Source of the DNA: Treponema sp.
GTDB taxonomy: Bacteria; Spirochaetota; Spirochaetia; Treponematales; Breznakiellaceae
Reading direction: 5' to 3'
Assembly: GCA_009787835.1 (NCBI GenBank)
Contig: WQSN01000008.1
Coordinates: forward strand, 2,308 to 66,307
DNA length: 64,000 bases
Under the pieces are notes generated by a model, which had not been told where the DNA came from, did no database searches, and worked only from the letters and a program-made list of their open reading frames with translations. Within the stretch, counting starts at the first letter, position 1. Each line of letters starts with the position of its first letter. Shown one piece after another: positions 32,666-42,059 of this stretch. Both the position numbers and the translations under genes were made by a program.

Positions 32666-34306
32666 CTATTGTACATATATACCGCTAATCGTAATATCTC
32701 CCCATAAACTGGAATAGGATTCAAGCCCGCCGGCTGCCTCTTCCCAAATATTCTGAAGCGAGTATGACTGCGGGCGCGGCACCTGTCTGCCGCGGCTTTC
32801 CATTTGCGATAGATTTACTTCGCCTCTTGAAAAGGCAATTCGCTGGTTGTCCAGATTGCCGAAGTAGTAATTTACCATATCCTGTTTGAAAATATATGAA
32901 CCGGGAACCGCTCCAGCTCCCATCGCGGGATCGACAGGCAGCCAGCCAAAACCGTCAAGCCATATTTCCGCCCAGTAGTGGCGAAGCGTCTGCCCGCTGC
33001 GGTTTATAAGCACGCCTGCAATCGGGAGGCATGGTATTCTTGCCGCCCTTGCCATGGCGGTAAAAAGAAGAGCGGCATTGTACGGATCCGCTTCCCGCAG
33101 TTCCAACGCAGCGACAATGCCGGCCGCGGGATTTGGCGCAATTTCCGTTATCTGCATATTGGTTATTATCCAGTCATATATCATTCTGGCTTTAGCGTAC
33201 GAATTTTGTTCCCTGCCTGTCGCTGCAGCGGAAATTGCCTTGATTTCCTGACTGTCGCAAGGAATAAGGGAAGAACTCTGGGTGTACATTGTATGAATGG
33301 ATGATGTTTCCTGTCTGATGGATAACGGCCTTATGGATGTTTCCTGCGTGTATACTTCAACATGAAAAGAGTTATTGATGGTATAATTGGCGCCTGAAGC
33401 GAGATTATCCAGTTTAAAAAGGCTTACTCCCCGGTAATTTTCAACCAGGGGAGTTATATTACGTGAAATAAGACTTGCGTTCCGCTGCGAAGGCGAATTG
33501 ACAGGCCTGGGGATCCACAGGTATAAAGCATTGGGTCTTGACGCTTCCTGAATTCTTACATCAACGGAATAATTTACGGTGTAGCTGCGTTTTTCCTTAT
33601 ATGTTTTGGAGCCGGGTTTTCCGGTAACATCAAAAAAAACAGGCCGGGAAGTGCCGTGGGATGTTCTTATTTCAATGTTGCCGCTGACCGCTCCGTCCGG
33701 CAGGCGCACGCGGATTTCACGCGCGTTCCATAATTCATAGCCAAATTCAACCTCTGAAACTTCTATAAATTCCGGCTCTCTTACCACATGGGGATTGAAT
33801 GATGGAGACTCAAAATCCCATGAAAAGAAAACGCCTCCGCCTTCCCTTGTTGCGCCAAAATTATTTCCGGTTATGGTTATTCTTGTTCCCGGCGCGCCTG
33901 TCTGCGGGCTTACCGATGTTATTCTCGGTTCAAGGCCGAATTCCTCTCCCGCGATTGGTTTGGGCACAGCGGCGGAATTTGAAAATAAAACTCCGTTGCT
34001 TTTTTTTCCGTCCACATGCACATAAACCAGTCCGGATTCCCCTGATTCTGGAATCCTCAGTATTATAAGATCGTCCTGCCAGGTGTGATACGATGAACTT
34101 GTCGGCGCAATTCCGGCTATACTCACATAAGATTCATCCCGTTCCGCCTGAAAATTATTTCCGGTCAGCGTAATTAGTTCCCCCATTACGCCAATCTTCG
34201 GGTCGATTGATGTTATAACAGGAGCGGTTTTATCGCATGAAAAAAGAACTACGGATAAAAGAATAATTCCTAAAAAAAATATTTTAGTTTGAGGCTTTAA
34301 CGGCAT
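32666..34306 (-). CDS. Lipoprotein with two IPT/TIG domains and a transglutaminase-like domain
   Basis: Lipobox LFSC; PVITSIDP..G..ITLTGNNF twice; HYWAEIWLDGFGWLPVDP. Confidence 0.85.
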   Translation of the reverse strand: MPLKPQTKIFFLGIILLSVVLFSCDKTAPVITSIDPKIGVMGELITLTGNNFQAERDESYVSIAGIAPTSSSYHTWQDDLIILRIPESGESGLVYVHVDGKKSNGVLFSNSAAVPKPIAGEEFGLEPRITSVSPQTGAPGTRITITGNNFGATREGGGVFFSWDFESPSFNPHVVREPEFIEVSEVEFGYELWNAREIRVRLPDGAVSGNIEIRTSHGTSRPVFFDVTGKPGSKTYKEKRSYTVNYSVDVRIQEASRPNALYLWIPRPVNSPSQRNASLISRNITPLVENYRGVSLFKLDNLASGANYTINNSFHVEVYTQETSIRPLSIRQETSSIHTMYTQSSSLIPCDSQEIKAISAAATGREQNSYAKARMIYDWIITNMQITEIAPNPAAGIVAALELREADPYNAALLFTAMARAARIPCLPIAGVLINRSGQTLRHYWAEIWLDGFGWLPVDPAMGAGAVPGSYIFKQDMVNYYFGNLDNQRIAFSRGEVNLSQMESRGRQVPRPQSYSLQNIWEEAAGGLESYSSLWGDITISGIYVQ

Positions 34307-34817
34307 CTTGCGCTTCGATGATGTTGGTTTCACTGTATGGATTAACGGTTAAAACAATTTCTATGGATGAGTCTAAATGTTCTGATGAACCCAGAGGGAA
34401 GAAATAAATTGGTTCATCAAACTCCAGGGGAATTGACTGAATTGACGCGTAATAGGTCATTCCTTTGTCTGGATCATCAATCCAGATCTGCCCCTGGGCG
34501 ACAAGTACATTGCCGTGACGGCGGATAAAAGGAGTGAACTGCACCGCGACAATTATGTTTGCGCCGACAAGTTTTATTCCTACAGGATAACCCGGTATGG
34601 CTAATTTACGGTGAGTTTCATTCCAGATAACTTCAACTTCATGTTCCAGCACCCTTGCGTCGATTTCCACAATCAGCGCTCTCCACCTGAACATGGGAAT
34701 TATTTCCGATGAATCGCTGTTTGTCTGCTGGTCCTGAGCGTTAGCCGGGATATTAATAATAAAAAATAAGAATGCGCTGAAAAGGTAAAATGGACATTTT
34801 ATCTTTTTTATCTTCAT
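34284..34817 (-). CDS. Hypothetical exported protein in the ECF sigma operon
   Basis: Signal peptide (ANA|QD); co-directional and overlapping neighbours. Confidence 0.7.
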   Translation of the reverse strand: MKIKKIKCPFYLFSAFLFFIINIPANAQDQQTNSDSSEIIPMFRWRALIVEIDARVLEHEVEVIWNETHRKLAIPGYPVGIKLVGANIIVAVQFTPFIRRHGNVLVAQGQIWIDDPDKGMTYYASIQSIPLEFDEPIYFFPLGSSEHLDSSIEIVLTVNPYSETNIIEAQDAVKASN

Positions 34818-34824
34818 CCTGTAA

Positions 34825-35442
34825 TTATCTCCGTGTATAGTCGGCAGCCCTTATTATAGCAGGTTCGCCGGATCTTAAAAAGTTCTTGCTTTCGGGCAGC
34901 CGTAAAATGATAATTTCGGAACCATCCGAACCTAAATATTGAAGTACGCTGTTAAAATCCATGGCCGGTATTATCCCCGGCATATCATCTTCAGCGGCTA
35001 CGATAAAATTTTCCCTTGCGGCGGGTTCCTGTGGCTGAGAAGCAAATCCATTTGAATTGTCAGGCGCTCTGCGAACCCACAGCGCTGCAAGAAGGATAAG
35101 AATGACTGCTGCTGCCGCCGCTGCCGGCAATGGTATGGAAAGCCTGCGCCTCCATATATCAGATTTGGGACGGGATAAGTTTCGATTCAACTTTTCATTG
35201 CGTAAACCAGCTCCTGATTGAAGGTTTTGCCATGTTTTGTTCTTCGCGGCTTCTATTACAGGATCACTTGCAAGCGGTCCGTCTAAAAGCAGCTTCCCGT
35301 GAAGCCGTTTAAAGCCCTCCAGTTTTTCTCTGCATCCGGAACATGACTCTAAATGAGATTCCAGTTTCTCTTTCCATGGCGAAGGTAGTTCATTATCCAT
35401 GTAAATTGAAAGAATCTGTGAATCAGGACATACTCGTTTCAT
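34825..35442 (-). CDS. Zinc-finger (zf-HC2) anti-sigma factor
   Basis: C...LS.Y.D.EL...HLESCSGC plus a single TM; overlaps the sigma factor stop. Confidence 0.88.
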   Translation of the reverse strand: MKRVCPDSQILSIYMDNELPSPWKEKLESHLESCSGCREKLEGFKRLHGKLLLDGPLASDPVIEAAKNKTWQNLQSGAGLRNEKLNRNLSRPKSDIWRRRLSIPLPAAAAAAVILILLAALWVRRAPDNSNGFASQPQEPAARENFIVAAEDDMPGIIPAMDFNSVLQYLGSDGSEIIILRLPESKNFLRSGEPAIIRAADYTRR

Positions 35443-36023
35443 AAGGATTCACTCCGATTTTGATTTTGCTCCTGAATATACATAAGCGCGGCTAACCGTT
35501 CCCTGGCTCTGAATACGCGAACTTTTACATTTCCTTCGCTAATTCCAAGAACCCTGCCAATTTCCTTATAATTCATCTCTGCATATTCCTTTAAAATTAA
35601 CACCATTCGTAAATTTTCCGGTAATTTATCGAGCGCCTGTTTAACTTCCTCGGAGGTTTCTTTTTTAACAAGCAGCCCTTCTCCTGTTTCCTCCCGTCTG
35701 TCATCTTCCCGAAAAGCTTTCTGATACGCCTTTCGTTCCCTTTCCTTCCGCTTTGCGTAATTTAAAGCGGCGTTTTTTATAACGCGAATAAGCCAGTATT
35801 TTGCCTCCTCCGGGGTTGGGAAAACCATGTTTTTCTCGTATAACCGAAAGAAACTGTCCTGACAAAGGTCTTCCGCAGCTTCTGCGTTATTTGTAATCCT
35901 GTAAGCCACTCTGAACAAAACTGAAAAGGTTGAATCATAAAGACGCTTAAATTCCATGATGGAATTACCGCTCTGAATGCCTGCTTCACCTCCAATGCTT
36001 GCGGCTTTTGCCTCATCTTCCAA
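35439..36023 (-). CDS. rpoE: ECF RNA polymerase sigma factor
   Basis: AEDLCQDSF, WLIRVIKN, YKEIG..LGISEGNVKVRVFRARERL. Confidence 0.9.
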   Translation of the reverse strand: MEDEAKAASIGGEAGIQSGNSIMEFKRLYDSTFSVLFRVAYRITNNAEAAEDLCQDSFFRLYEKNMVFPTPEEAKYWLIRVIKNAALNYAKRKERERKAYQKAFREDDRREETGEGLLVKKETSEEVKQALDKLPENLRMVLILKEYAEMNYKEIGRVLGISEGNVKVRVFRARERLAALMYIQEQNQNRSESL

Positions 36024-36041
36024 TTTGTCCCCTACATATTT

Positions 36042-36069
36042 TAAACAAAAATTTTACTTAATTGTTACA
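36042..36069 (-). promoter_or_regulatory. Candidate autoregulatory ECF promoter
   Basis: Minus strand TGTAAC-N16-TGTTTA directly upstream of the ECF sigma gene. Confidence 0.45.
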
Positions 36070-36094
36070 TTTAGTTACATTGTTTTGCCATAAA

Positions 36095-36205
36095 CTGGTG
36101 TCCTGTTATATTCGGTTTCCGATATAACAATATGCGTTAAATCCTTATTACATAAGGATTTAACTTAACATTTCATTCCGTCATTTGAATATAACAGGAC
36201 ACTAG
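36095..36205. mobile_element. 111-bp MITE-like nested palindromic element, copy 2
   Basis: TIRs CTGGTGTCCTGTTATATTC / GAATATAACAGGACACTAG; internal hairpin GTTAAATCCTTAT-TAC-ATAAGGATTTAAC; homologous to 9070-9179. Confidence 0.8.
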
Positions 36206-36222
36206 CGCGTTATTCAATAAAA

Positions 36223-37710
36223 TTATGCGCGCCGCCAGGTTGTTCCTCCAGGCCCGTCTTCAAGTATTATACCGCGTTCTTTCAGATTTTGTCTAATATT
36301 GTCTGCGGTGGCGAAATCTTTAGCCTTTTTCGCTTCAGCGCGCCTGATTATTTGCTGTTCAATTTCATCAGTAAGTTCATTATTCCCGGAATCCTTTCCG
36401 TTTTCACTGGCTTTTGCCATGCAGGTTTCTTCAAGCCCCAGCGCTAAAACCCTGTCCATGTCAAAAACAGCCGCTAAAGCCTCTTCTGTCGCGGGTCCTT
36501 CACGCAACAGCCCCCAAATTTCTGCCATTGCCCTTGGAGTGGATAGATCATCTTCAAGCGCTTTATTGAATGCTTCTATATATTTTAATACATCATTACC
36601 TGTTATTGCAAATTCCCGGCTCTCTTTATTGGCTTCCCGTCTGTTAAAATTTGTTTTCTGCGCCAAAGAGAGGACTTTATCAATCAGGGATATGCGCGAG
36701 TTCTTCGCGCCTTTTAAGCTGTCAAATGAAAACTGAAGCTGGCTGCGGTAATGGCCGCCCAGCAGGAAGTAACGGTAATCAAGCGGATCATAACCTTCAT
36801 CAATAAGGCTCTGTAAGGTAAGAAACCCTCCCGCCGATTTGGACATTTTTGCCTTATCAATCACCAGGAATTCATTATGCAGCCAATATGACACCCAGGG
36901 CTTTTTTCCTGCGGCGTCCATACTTGCCTCGCTTTGGGCGATTTCATTGGTGTGATGAACGGGAATGTGATCGATTCCCCCCGCGTGAATATCAAAATTT
37001 TCTCCTAAATACTTCATGCTCATCGCGGAACATTCAATATGCCATCCCGGATAACCGCGGCCCCACGGGCTGTCCCACATAAGCGCCTGGTTTTCAAATT
37101 TACTCTTTGTAAACCACAATACAAAATCACCAGCGTTGCGTTTATTTTCATCCTGTCCGGTGCGTTCATACCCAGTCTGCGCGCCTGATTTCAGATCATC
37201 AGGACGCAATAGCGCCAGTTCTCCGTAAGATGGAAAACGGGATATGTCAAAGTAAAGATTGCCTCCGGCAGAATATGTAAAACCATTTTTTTCTATCCGC
37301 ACAATCATCGCGATCATTTCGCTGATATGTTCAGTAGCTTTGCATACGACTGTAGGGCGCGTAATGTTCATTCTGTCCGTATCATTAAAAAAAGCCCGGG
37401 TATAAAATTCCGCTATTTCAAGAACGCTTTTTCCGCGTTCTTCTGCGCTTTTTACCATTTTATCATCGCCTTCATCATTATCGCCTGAAAGATGCCCGAC
37501 ATCGGTAATATTCATCACATGATTTACTTCGTATCCTGCGCGGCGCAGAGAGCGGACCAGAATGTCATGCAGCACATAAGCGCGCAAGTTTCCTATATGC
37601 GCGTAGTTATAAACTGTCGGTCCGCATCCGTAAAAACCGACCTTGCCTTCTTTTAAAGGTTTAAAAATCTGTTTTTCGCGGCCCAGTGTATTGTAGAAAG
37701 TGAATGACAT
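36223..37710 (-). CDS. cysS: Cysteinyl-tRNA synthetase
   Basis: CGPTVY..AHIGN, PGWHIECSAM, KMSKS. Confidence 0.98.
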   Translation of the reverse strand: MSFTFYNTLGREKQIFKPLKEGKVGFYGCGPTVYNYAHIGNLRAYVLHDILVRSLRRAGYEVNHVMNITDVGHLSGDNDEGDDKMVKSAEERGKSVLEIAEFYTRAFFNDTDRMNITRPTVVCKATEHISEMIAMIVRIEKNGFTYSAGGNLYFDISRFPSYGELALLRPDDLKSGAQTGYERTGQDENKRNAGDFVLWFTKSKFENQALMWDSPWGRGYPGWHIECSAMSMKYLGENFDIHAGGIDHIPVHHTNEIAQSEASMDAAGKKPWVSYWLHNEFLVIDKAKMSKSAGGFLTLQSLIDEGYDPLDYRYFLLGGHYRSQLQFSFDSLKGAKNSRISLIDKVLSLAQKTNFNRREANKESREFAITGNDVLKYIEAFNKALEDDLSTPRAMAEIWGLLREGPATEEALAAVFDMDRVLALGLEETCMAKASENGKDSGNNELTDEIEQQIIRRAEAKKAKDFATADNIRQNLKERGIILEDGPGGTTWRRA

Positions 37711-37750
37711 GCTGATAAGGGTAAGGAATTTTTATGATAAATTCAAGATA

Positions 37751-37768
37751 ACTGAGGTTGTTCCAAAA
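37751..37768. repeat. Half copy of the GCTGTTCCAAAA-family repeat
   Basis: ACTGAGGTTGTTCCAAAA with no recognisable partner arm. Confidence 0.5.
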
Positions 37769-37793
37769 TAAGTATAGATACTGTTATTTGCCT

Positions 37794-38735
37794 TTACCTG
37801 CAAAGCTCCTGCGCTTTTTTTACCATGCTGTCTACATCAAGACCGAAGCGGTTTACCAGGTAGTCCTGTGTGCCTACTTCGCCGAATTCATCCCTGATAC
37901 CGATGCGCGCGAATTTGCAGGAACAGCCATTTTCTGCGAGGATTTCAGCTACCGCGCTGCCCAGTCCGCTTCTTATCTGCGCATTCTCCGTGCTGATGAT
38001 GGCGCGCACAGAGCCTGCCTGATTCAATATCGCGTCACGGTCGATGGGCTTAAGTGTTAATACATCCAATACGCCGGCGTTAATGCCCAGTTCGGCTAAT
38101 TTATCACAGGCTTTTATAGACTGGTTTACCATCAGGCTGCCAAGGGCTATAAAACAAATATCCTTTCCGTTTCTTAAAATTTTAGCCTGGCCAAATTTAA
38201 ATTTTTCATTTTCATTGTACAGATACGGAACAGGTTTGCGGGGAATTCGCAGGTAGTGGCAGCCGTATTCACCAGCCATTAAACGGATAAAAGCGGCGCA
38301 TGAAGCGGGATCTGACGGTTCTATGACCGTAAGACCGGGGACGACTCTCATCATGGCGAGGTCTTCAAAGGGCATGTGGGTTCCGCCGTTAAAAGCCGCG
38401 GTTACGCCAGGGTCTGTCCCGATTAATTTTACATTAAGCCTTGCGTAGTTAGCTGAAAGAAAAAACTGATCGTATACCCGCCGTGATGCGAAACATCCGA
38501 AACTTGCCGCAAACGGAATTTTTCCCAATGTGGAAAGCCCGGCGGCGATGCCTACCATATTCGCTTCGGCGATTCCGACATTGAAAAAACGATCAGGGTA
38601 TGCTTTTTTAAAAACGCCCGTATTTGTGCAGCTCATCAGGTCCGCTTCCAGTACAACTATATCCCTGTTTGTTTCAGCTAACGAAACAATCGTGTCGACA
38701 TACGCCATTCTCATTTCTTTTGTCTGCTCTGACAT
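37794..38735 (-). CDS. Transketolase, C-terminal subunit
   Basis: VGIAEANM, NGGTHM, YLRIPR, LKPID. Confidence 0.93.
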   Translation of the reverse strand: MSEQTKEMRMAYVDTIVSLAETNRDIVVLEADLMSCTNTGVFKKAYPDRFFNVGIAEANMVGIAAGLSTLGKIPFAASFGCFASRRVYDQFFLSANYARLNVKLIGTDPGVTAAFNGGTHMPFEDLAMMRVVPGLTVIEPSDPASCAAFIRLMAGEYGCHYLRIPRKPVPYLYNENEKFKFGQAKILRNGKDICFIALGSLMVNQSIKACDKLAELGINAGVLDVLTLKPIDRDAILNQAGSVRAIISTENAQIRSGLGSAVAEILAENGCSCKFARIGIRDEFGEVGTQDYLVNRFGLDVDSMVKKAQELCR

Positions 38736-38752
38736 TGTTCTCTCCTTTTTAA

Positions 38753-39571
38753 TTATACTAACGCAGCGATGGCTTCTTTGGCTTTTTCCGTGTCAAAGAC
38801 CATGCTGTGATTCTTCTCTACGCCTTCGGCGAAACTGCATCCTTTCCCCTTGATTGTGTTCATCACAATCATTGAAGGTTTTTCTTTCTGGGCTAACGCT
38901 CTTTCAACAGCGGCATCAAGGGCTGCGACATCATGCCCGTCTGTTTCCTGCGTAAACCAGCCGAAAGCATCCCACTTTTTAGCAAGGTCGCCAAGATCCA
39001 GAATATCTTTTGAAAAACCGTCAAGCTGTTGTTTGTTAAAATCCGTAAATGCTATCAGGTTTGAAAGTTTATGATAACTTGCGAAGAGAGCGCCTTCCCA
39101 AATCTGGCCTTCATTGGATTCGCCGTCGCCGATTATGGCGTAGACTGTCGATGCTTTTTTATCCATACGCAGACCGAGGGCAATGCCGATAGCGGCGGAA
39201 AAACCCTGGCCCAGGGAGCCGGTTGTCATGTCTATACCCGGAGTCTTGTTACGGTCGCAGTGGCTTGGCAGACTTGTTCCGCCCTTGTTCAGGGTAGTAA
39301 GCCAGTCTTTGGGGAAAAATCCCCTTAACGCCAATGCCGCGTAAATGGCGGGTCCTGCATGACCCTTTGATACTATAAGCTGATCGCGATCTTCCCAGCG
39401 CGGATTTTGCGGATCTATCTTCATGCGGTGAAAATATAAAAGAGCCAGAATATCCGCAATGGACATGGCTCCTCCGATATGACCTGTTCCCAGAGCTGCA
39501 ATCTCCTCGATAGTCATTTTTCGGATTTCTTTTGCCTGGGCTTTCAGAAAGGATTCAGTTTCTTTATCCAT
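38753..39571 (-). CDS. Transketolase, N-terminal subunit
   Basis: GHIGG, SKGH, TGSLGQG, GDGESNEG, TIKGKG. Confidence 0.93.
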   Translation of the reverse strand: MDKETESFLKAQAKEIRKMTIEEIAALGTGHIGGAMSIADILALLYFHRMKIDPQNPRWEDRDQLIVSKGHAGPAIYAALALRGFFPKDWLTTLNKGGTSLPSHCDRNKTPGIDMTTGSLGQGFSAAIGIALGLRMDKKASTVYAIIGDGESNEGQIWEGALFASYHKLSNLIAFTDFNKQQLDGFSKDILDLGDLAKKWDAFGWFTQETDGHDVAALDAAVERALAQKEKPSMIVMNTIKGKGCSFAEGVEKNHSMVFDTEKAKEAIAALV

Positions 39572-39632
39572 ACCAATCTCCTAAATTATTATTTGCCAAT
39601 GTTACTTATTTTTAATGAATAAAAAAAAAGTG

Positions 39633-40223
39633 TCAATTACCGTTAATGGCATAACCCAGCATTAATTCCGCGGATTTTATATCTCCGGCGGAAATGGCGG
39701 AACGGATACGGCTAGAGCTTATGGGAAGAGCGCCTTCCATTACCTGCGGTATTATTTCCGCCGGTATGCTGCGGGATGTAAAAAAATCTTTTATTTTCTC
39801 CGCGCCGGTATCCAGCTTATAACCGCAGCGGAAATCGTTTCCGACAGCGAAAAAACCGGTATTGCCGTGTTTCAGCAATATGTTTAAAAAATCCATACCG
39901 GGCATTCTCATTAACTCGTCTGTAAAATCCATTACAACCGTTATCAGGATACCAAGTTTTTCAAACATATCTGTTCTCTGCCGGAATGTCTGAATATCAT
40001 TTTGCGTTCCGTTCGCTTCTTTCTGTTCTTTGCTCCTGGTTTTGTGGTTTTCCCTGAAAGTGACAATTACAGGAGTGTAACAGGCGTTAAACGAAACAAC
40101 GCGCTCTATTAAGGCCCTGTGTCCCCTGTGTACGCCGTCAAAAATGCCGATTGTCATGGAAGTTAATTCCGTTTTTTGTTTTAATCCGTTTTCAAGAAAT
40201 TGCGGCCATTCGATTATCTGCAT
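39633..40223 (-). CDS. FAD synthetase-like protein (FMN adenylyltransferase domain only)
   Basis: IGIFDGVHRGH, VG.DFRCG, ISSSRIR; no riboflavin-kinase domain. Confidence 0.8.
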   Translation of the reverse strand: MQIIEWPQFLENGLKQKTELTSMTIGIFDGVHRGHRALIERVVSFNACYTPVIVTFRENHKTRSKEQKEANGTQNDIQTFRQRTDMFEKLGILITVVMDFTDELMRMPGMDFLNILLKHGNTGFFAVGNDFRCGYKLDTGAEKIKDFFTSRSIPAEIIPQVMEGALPISSSRIRSAISAGDIKSAELMLGYAINGN

Positions 40224-40238
40224 ATATATTCCGGGATG

Positions 40239-42059
40239 TTATTTTTTTGATCTGTCTATAAAATATTTCGCGCTTTTTTTATCGCCCATGCTGAGCAGTA
40301 ATTTTCCCGCGTGGTCTGCCATCTTTCCTCCCGGATCACTGCCAATCAGATCGAGGGCGATGCGCAGTTCTTTTGCAAGCTCGGGATTTTTTTCTCCGCC
40401 TGTTATTCTGATTTCCGCCAGCTTAAATCGGAAAAGACCGTAATCGGGAGCAAGCTTAACAGCTTTTTTCAGAAGGCTTACAGCGTTGGCGTTTTTTCCC
40501 TTAAGGTTCAGCACAATTCCCCATAAATAATACAATGCCGGATCCGCTTTTGGTTTTGGCTTGAGAGCGCTCCTGAGTTTTTCCGAGGCTGTGCATTCCG
40601 CTTCGCAGAATTTATAATCCTCCACGCTGAAAGCCCATTTTCCCGCAAGCGCGCGCGCTTCCCAGTTTTTACTGCCCAAAGACGTAAGCTTGGGAATTAG
40701 CGCCGTAAGCTCCGGTACATTATCCTGCAATAAAAATATTCTGCCCGCTTCCATAAAGAGCGCGAGCGCTTCCGCCTTTTTACCGGCAAGTTCAAGCGCG
40801 TTCGCCGCGTTAGCTGCATAAACGCCGTTCTCGTTATTCATCTTAAAAGCCATGTTCCACGCTGAAGCGGACGCTTCGTATTCATTCAGTCTTAAGTGGC
40901 TGCGGGCGAGCATTGTATAATAATTTATGTCTTTATTGATTATATCAGAATATTTTAACGCGAATTCCTTTAATTCCCTGAACTTATCCAGTTCGTTAAG
41001 CACAATTATTTTCTCGTTAAACGCTTCCTTCACTTCGGTAAAATTAATGAGTTTTACAGGATCGTCTGACCATTGTTCAATGACGGCGTCAATATATTCT
41101 TCGGCTTCACGGTACTGCCCAAGCCTGAATGAAAGGCGCGATGCGAGCAGCAGTTCTTTTCTTGTTCTTACTTCCGTATAGGTTGATGTAACGCTTCGTA
41201 TTGCGTCATCCCTGCGCTTCCATGCCCTGATCATCTGATCCAGCGCTTTTGATGACTCGCCTGTTGATGCGAATGCTTCCGCCAGCCGCAGCCGGTTTTC
41301 CGCGTTGATATTGGAATCGTTTGTCCATTTTTTATGACTTTCCCCGATTGCTTTGGCGCGGGTATCTACGGAAATGCAGTCGAGATATGCTTTACAGGAA
41401 TAGACATTATTATTTTCTTTGTTAATTTCTGATTGCGGTTTTTCCTGACTGCTGCCGGCTGCCGCATTTTCATTGTTCATTGAATATGATGCGATGGCAA
41501 AACCCACCTGCCCGCTGCTAAGTGAATCATCATTTATTTCCCCAATCCATTTTCCGTTAACAATAAAAATTAAATATGCACCGCAGGTAACAATGTTCAG
41601 ATTGATGTTAATGCCGTCAAAATTAGATATTTCTGTCCAGGCAATAAGGGTTTTGGGAATATTGTCTTTTACGGCGTCAAGACGGAAGTAACCCTTTGAA
41701 GAAACAAGCGCCATATAATAAGAGGTATCGTCTGTAATGCGGAATAAAAGGCCCGCGGACGCATAACCGTCCATACTGTCAAGGCGTATTTTAGCTTCAA
41801 TTACATGATCCAGGAATTCATAACCGGGTATTTTAACCCATGATATGCAGTTGGTTTTTTTTAATCCAATTAAGTATGAATTATTTGACAGACAGGCGTC
41901 AAGACAGGTATCATTAGATGATTCAGATTTTTTTTCAAAAGGAGATTTTTTTATTTTGGCAAAATTATATATTAATTTTTTTTCCGTAATAAATTCAGAA
42001 TTCTTCCTGCGGATTTTATTGGAGAGCGCGTAAATGAATCTTTTAGGCAAAGAGACCAT
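40239..42059 (-). CDS. TPR protein with an N-terminal ConA/DUF1080-like beta domain
   Basis: AGLLFR..DD..YY beta-sandwich pattern followed by TPR-like helices. Confidence 0.65.
   Translation of the reverse strand: MVSLPKRFIYALSNKIRRKNSEFITEKKLIYNFAKIKKSPFEKKSESSNDTCLDACLSNNSYLIGLKKTNCISWVKIPGYEFLDHVIEAKIRLDSMDGYASAGLLFRITDDTSYYMALVSSKGYFRLDAVKDNIPKTLIAWTEISNFDGININLNIVTCGAYLIFIVNGKWIGEINDDSLSSGQVGFAIASYSMNNENAAAGSSQEKPQSEINKENNNVYSCKAYLDCISVDTRAKAIGESHKKWTNDSNINAENRLRLAEAFASTGESSKALDQMIRAWKRRDDAIRSVTSTYTEVRTRKELLLASRLSFRLGQYREAEEYIDAVIEQWSDDPVKLINFTEVKEAFNEKIIVLNELDKFRELKEFALKYSDIINKDINYYTMLARSHLRLNEYEASASAWNMAFKMNNENGVYAANAANALELAGKKAEALALFMEAGRIFLLQDNVPELTALIPKLTSLGSKNWEARALAGKWAFSVEDYKFCEAECTASEKLRSALKPKPKADPALYYLWGIVLNLKGKNANAVSLLKKAVKLAPDYGLFRFKLAEIRITGGEKNPELAKELRIALDLIGSDPGGKMADHAGKLLLSMGDKKSAKYFIDRSKK

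Noticed and set aside
32481-32717. 78-aa ORF containing EAVPKLSNRRFMFLEQL
   Set aside because: It is only the translation of the intergenic palindromic repeat plus the ends of the flanking genes.
37794-39571. Split transketolase as a frameshifted pseudogene
   Set aside because: Two-subunit transketolases are common, and the second gene has its own AGGAG RBS and start.
42034-42059. Head-to-head overlap of the TPR and SBP ORFs as a real overlapping-gene phenomenon
   Set aside because: More simply explained by a downstream start for the SBP (e.g. ATG at 42088) or for the TPR protein.
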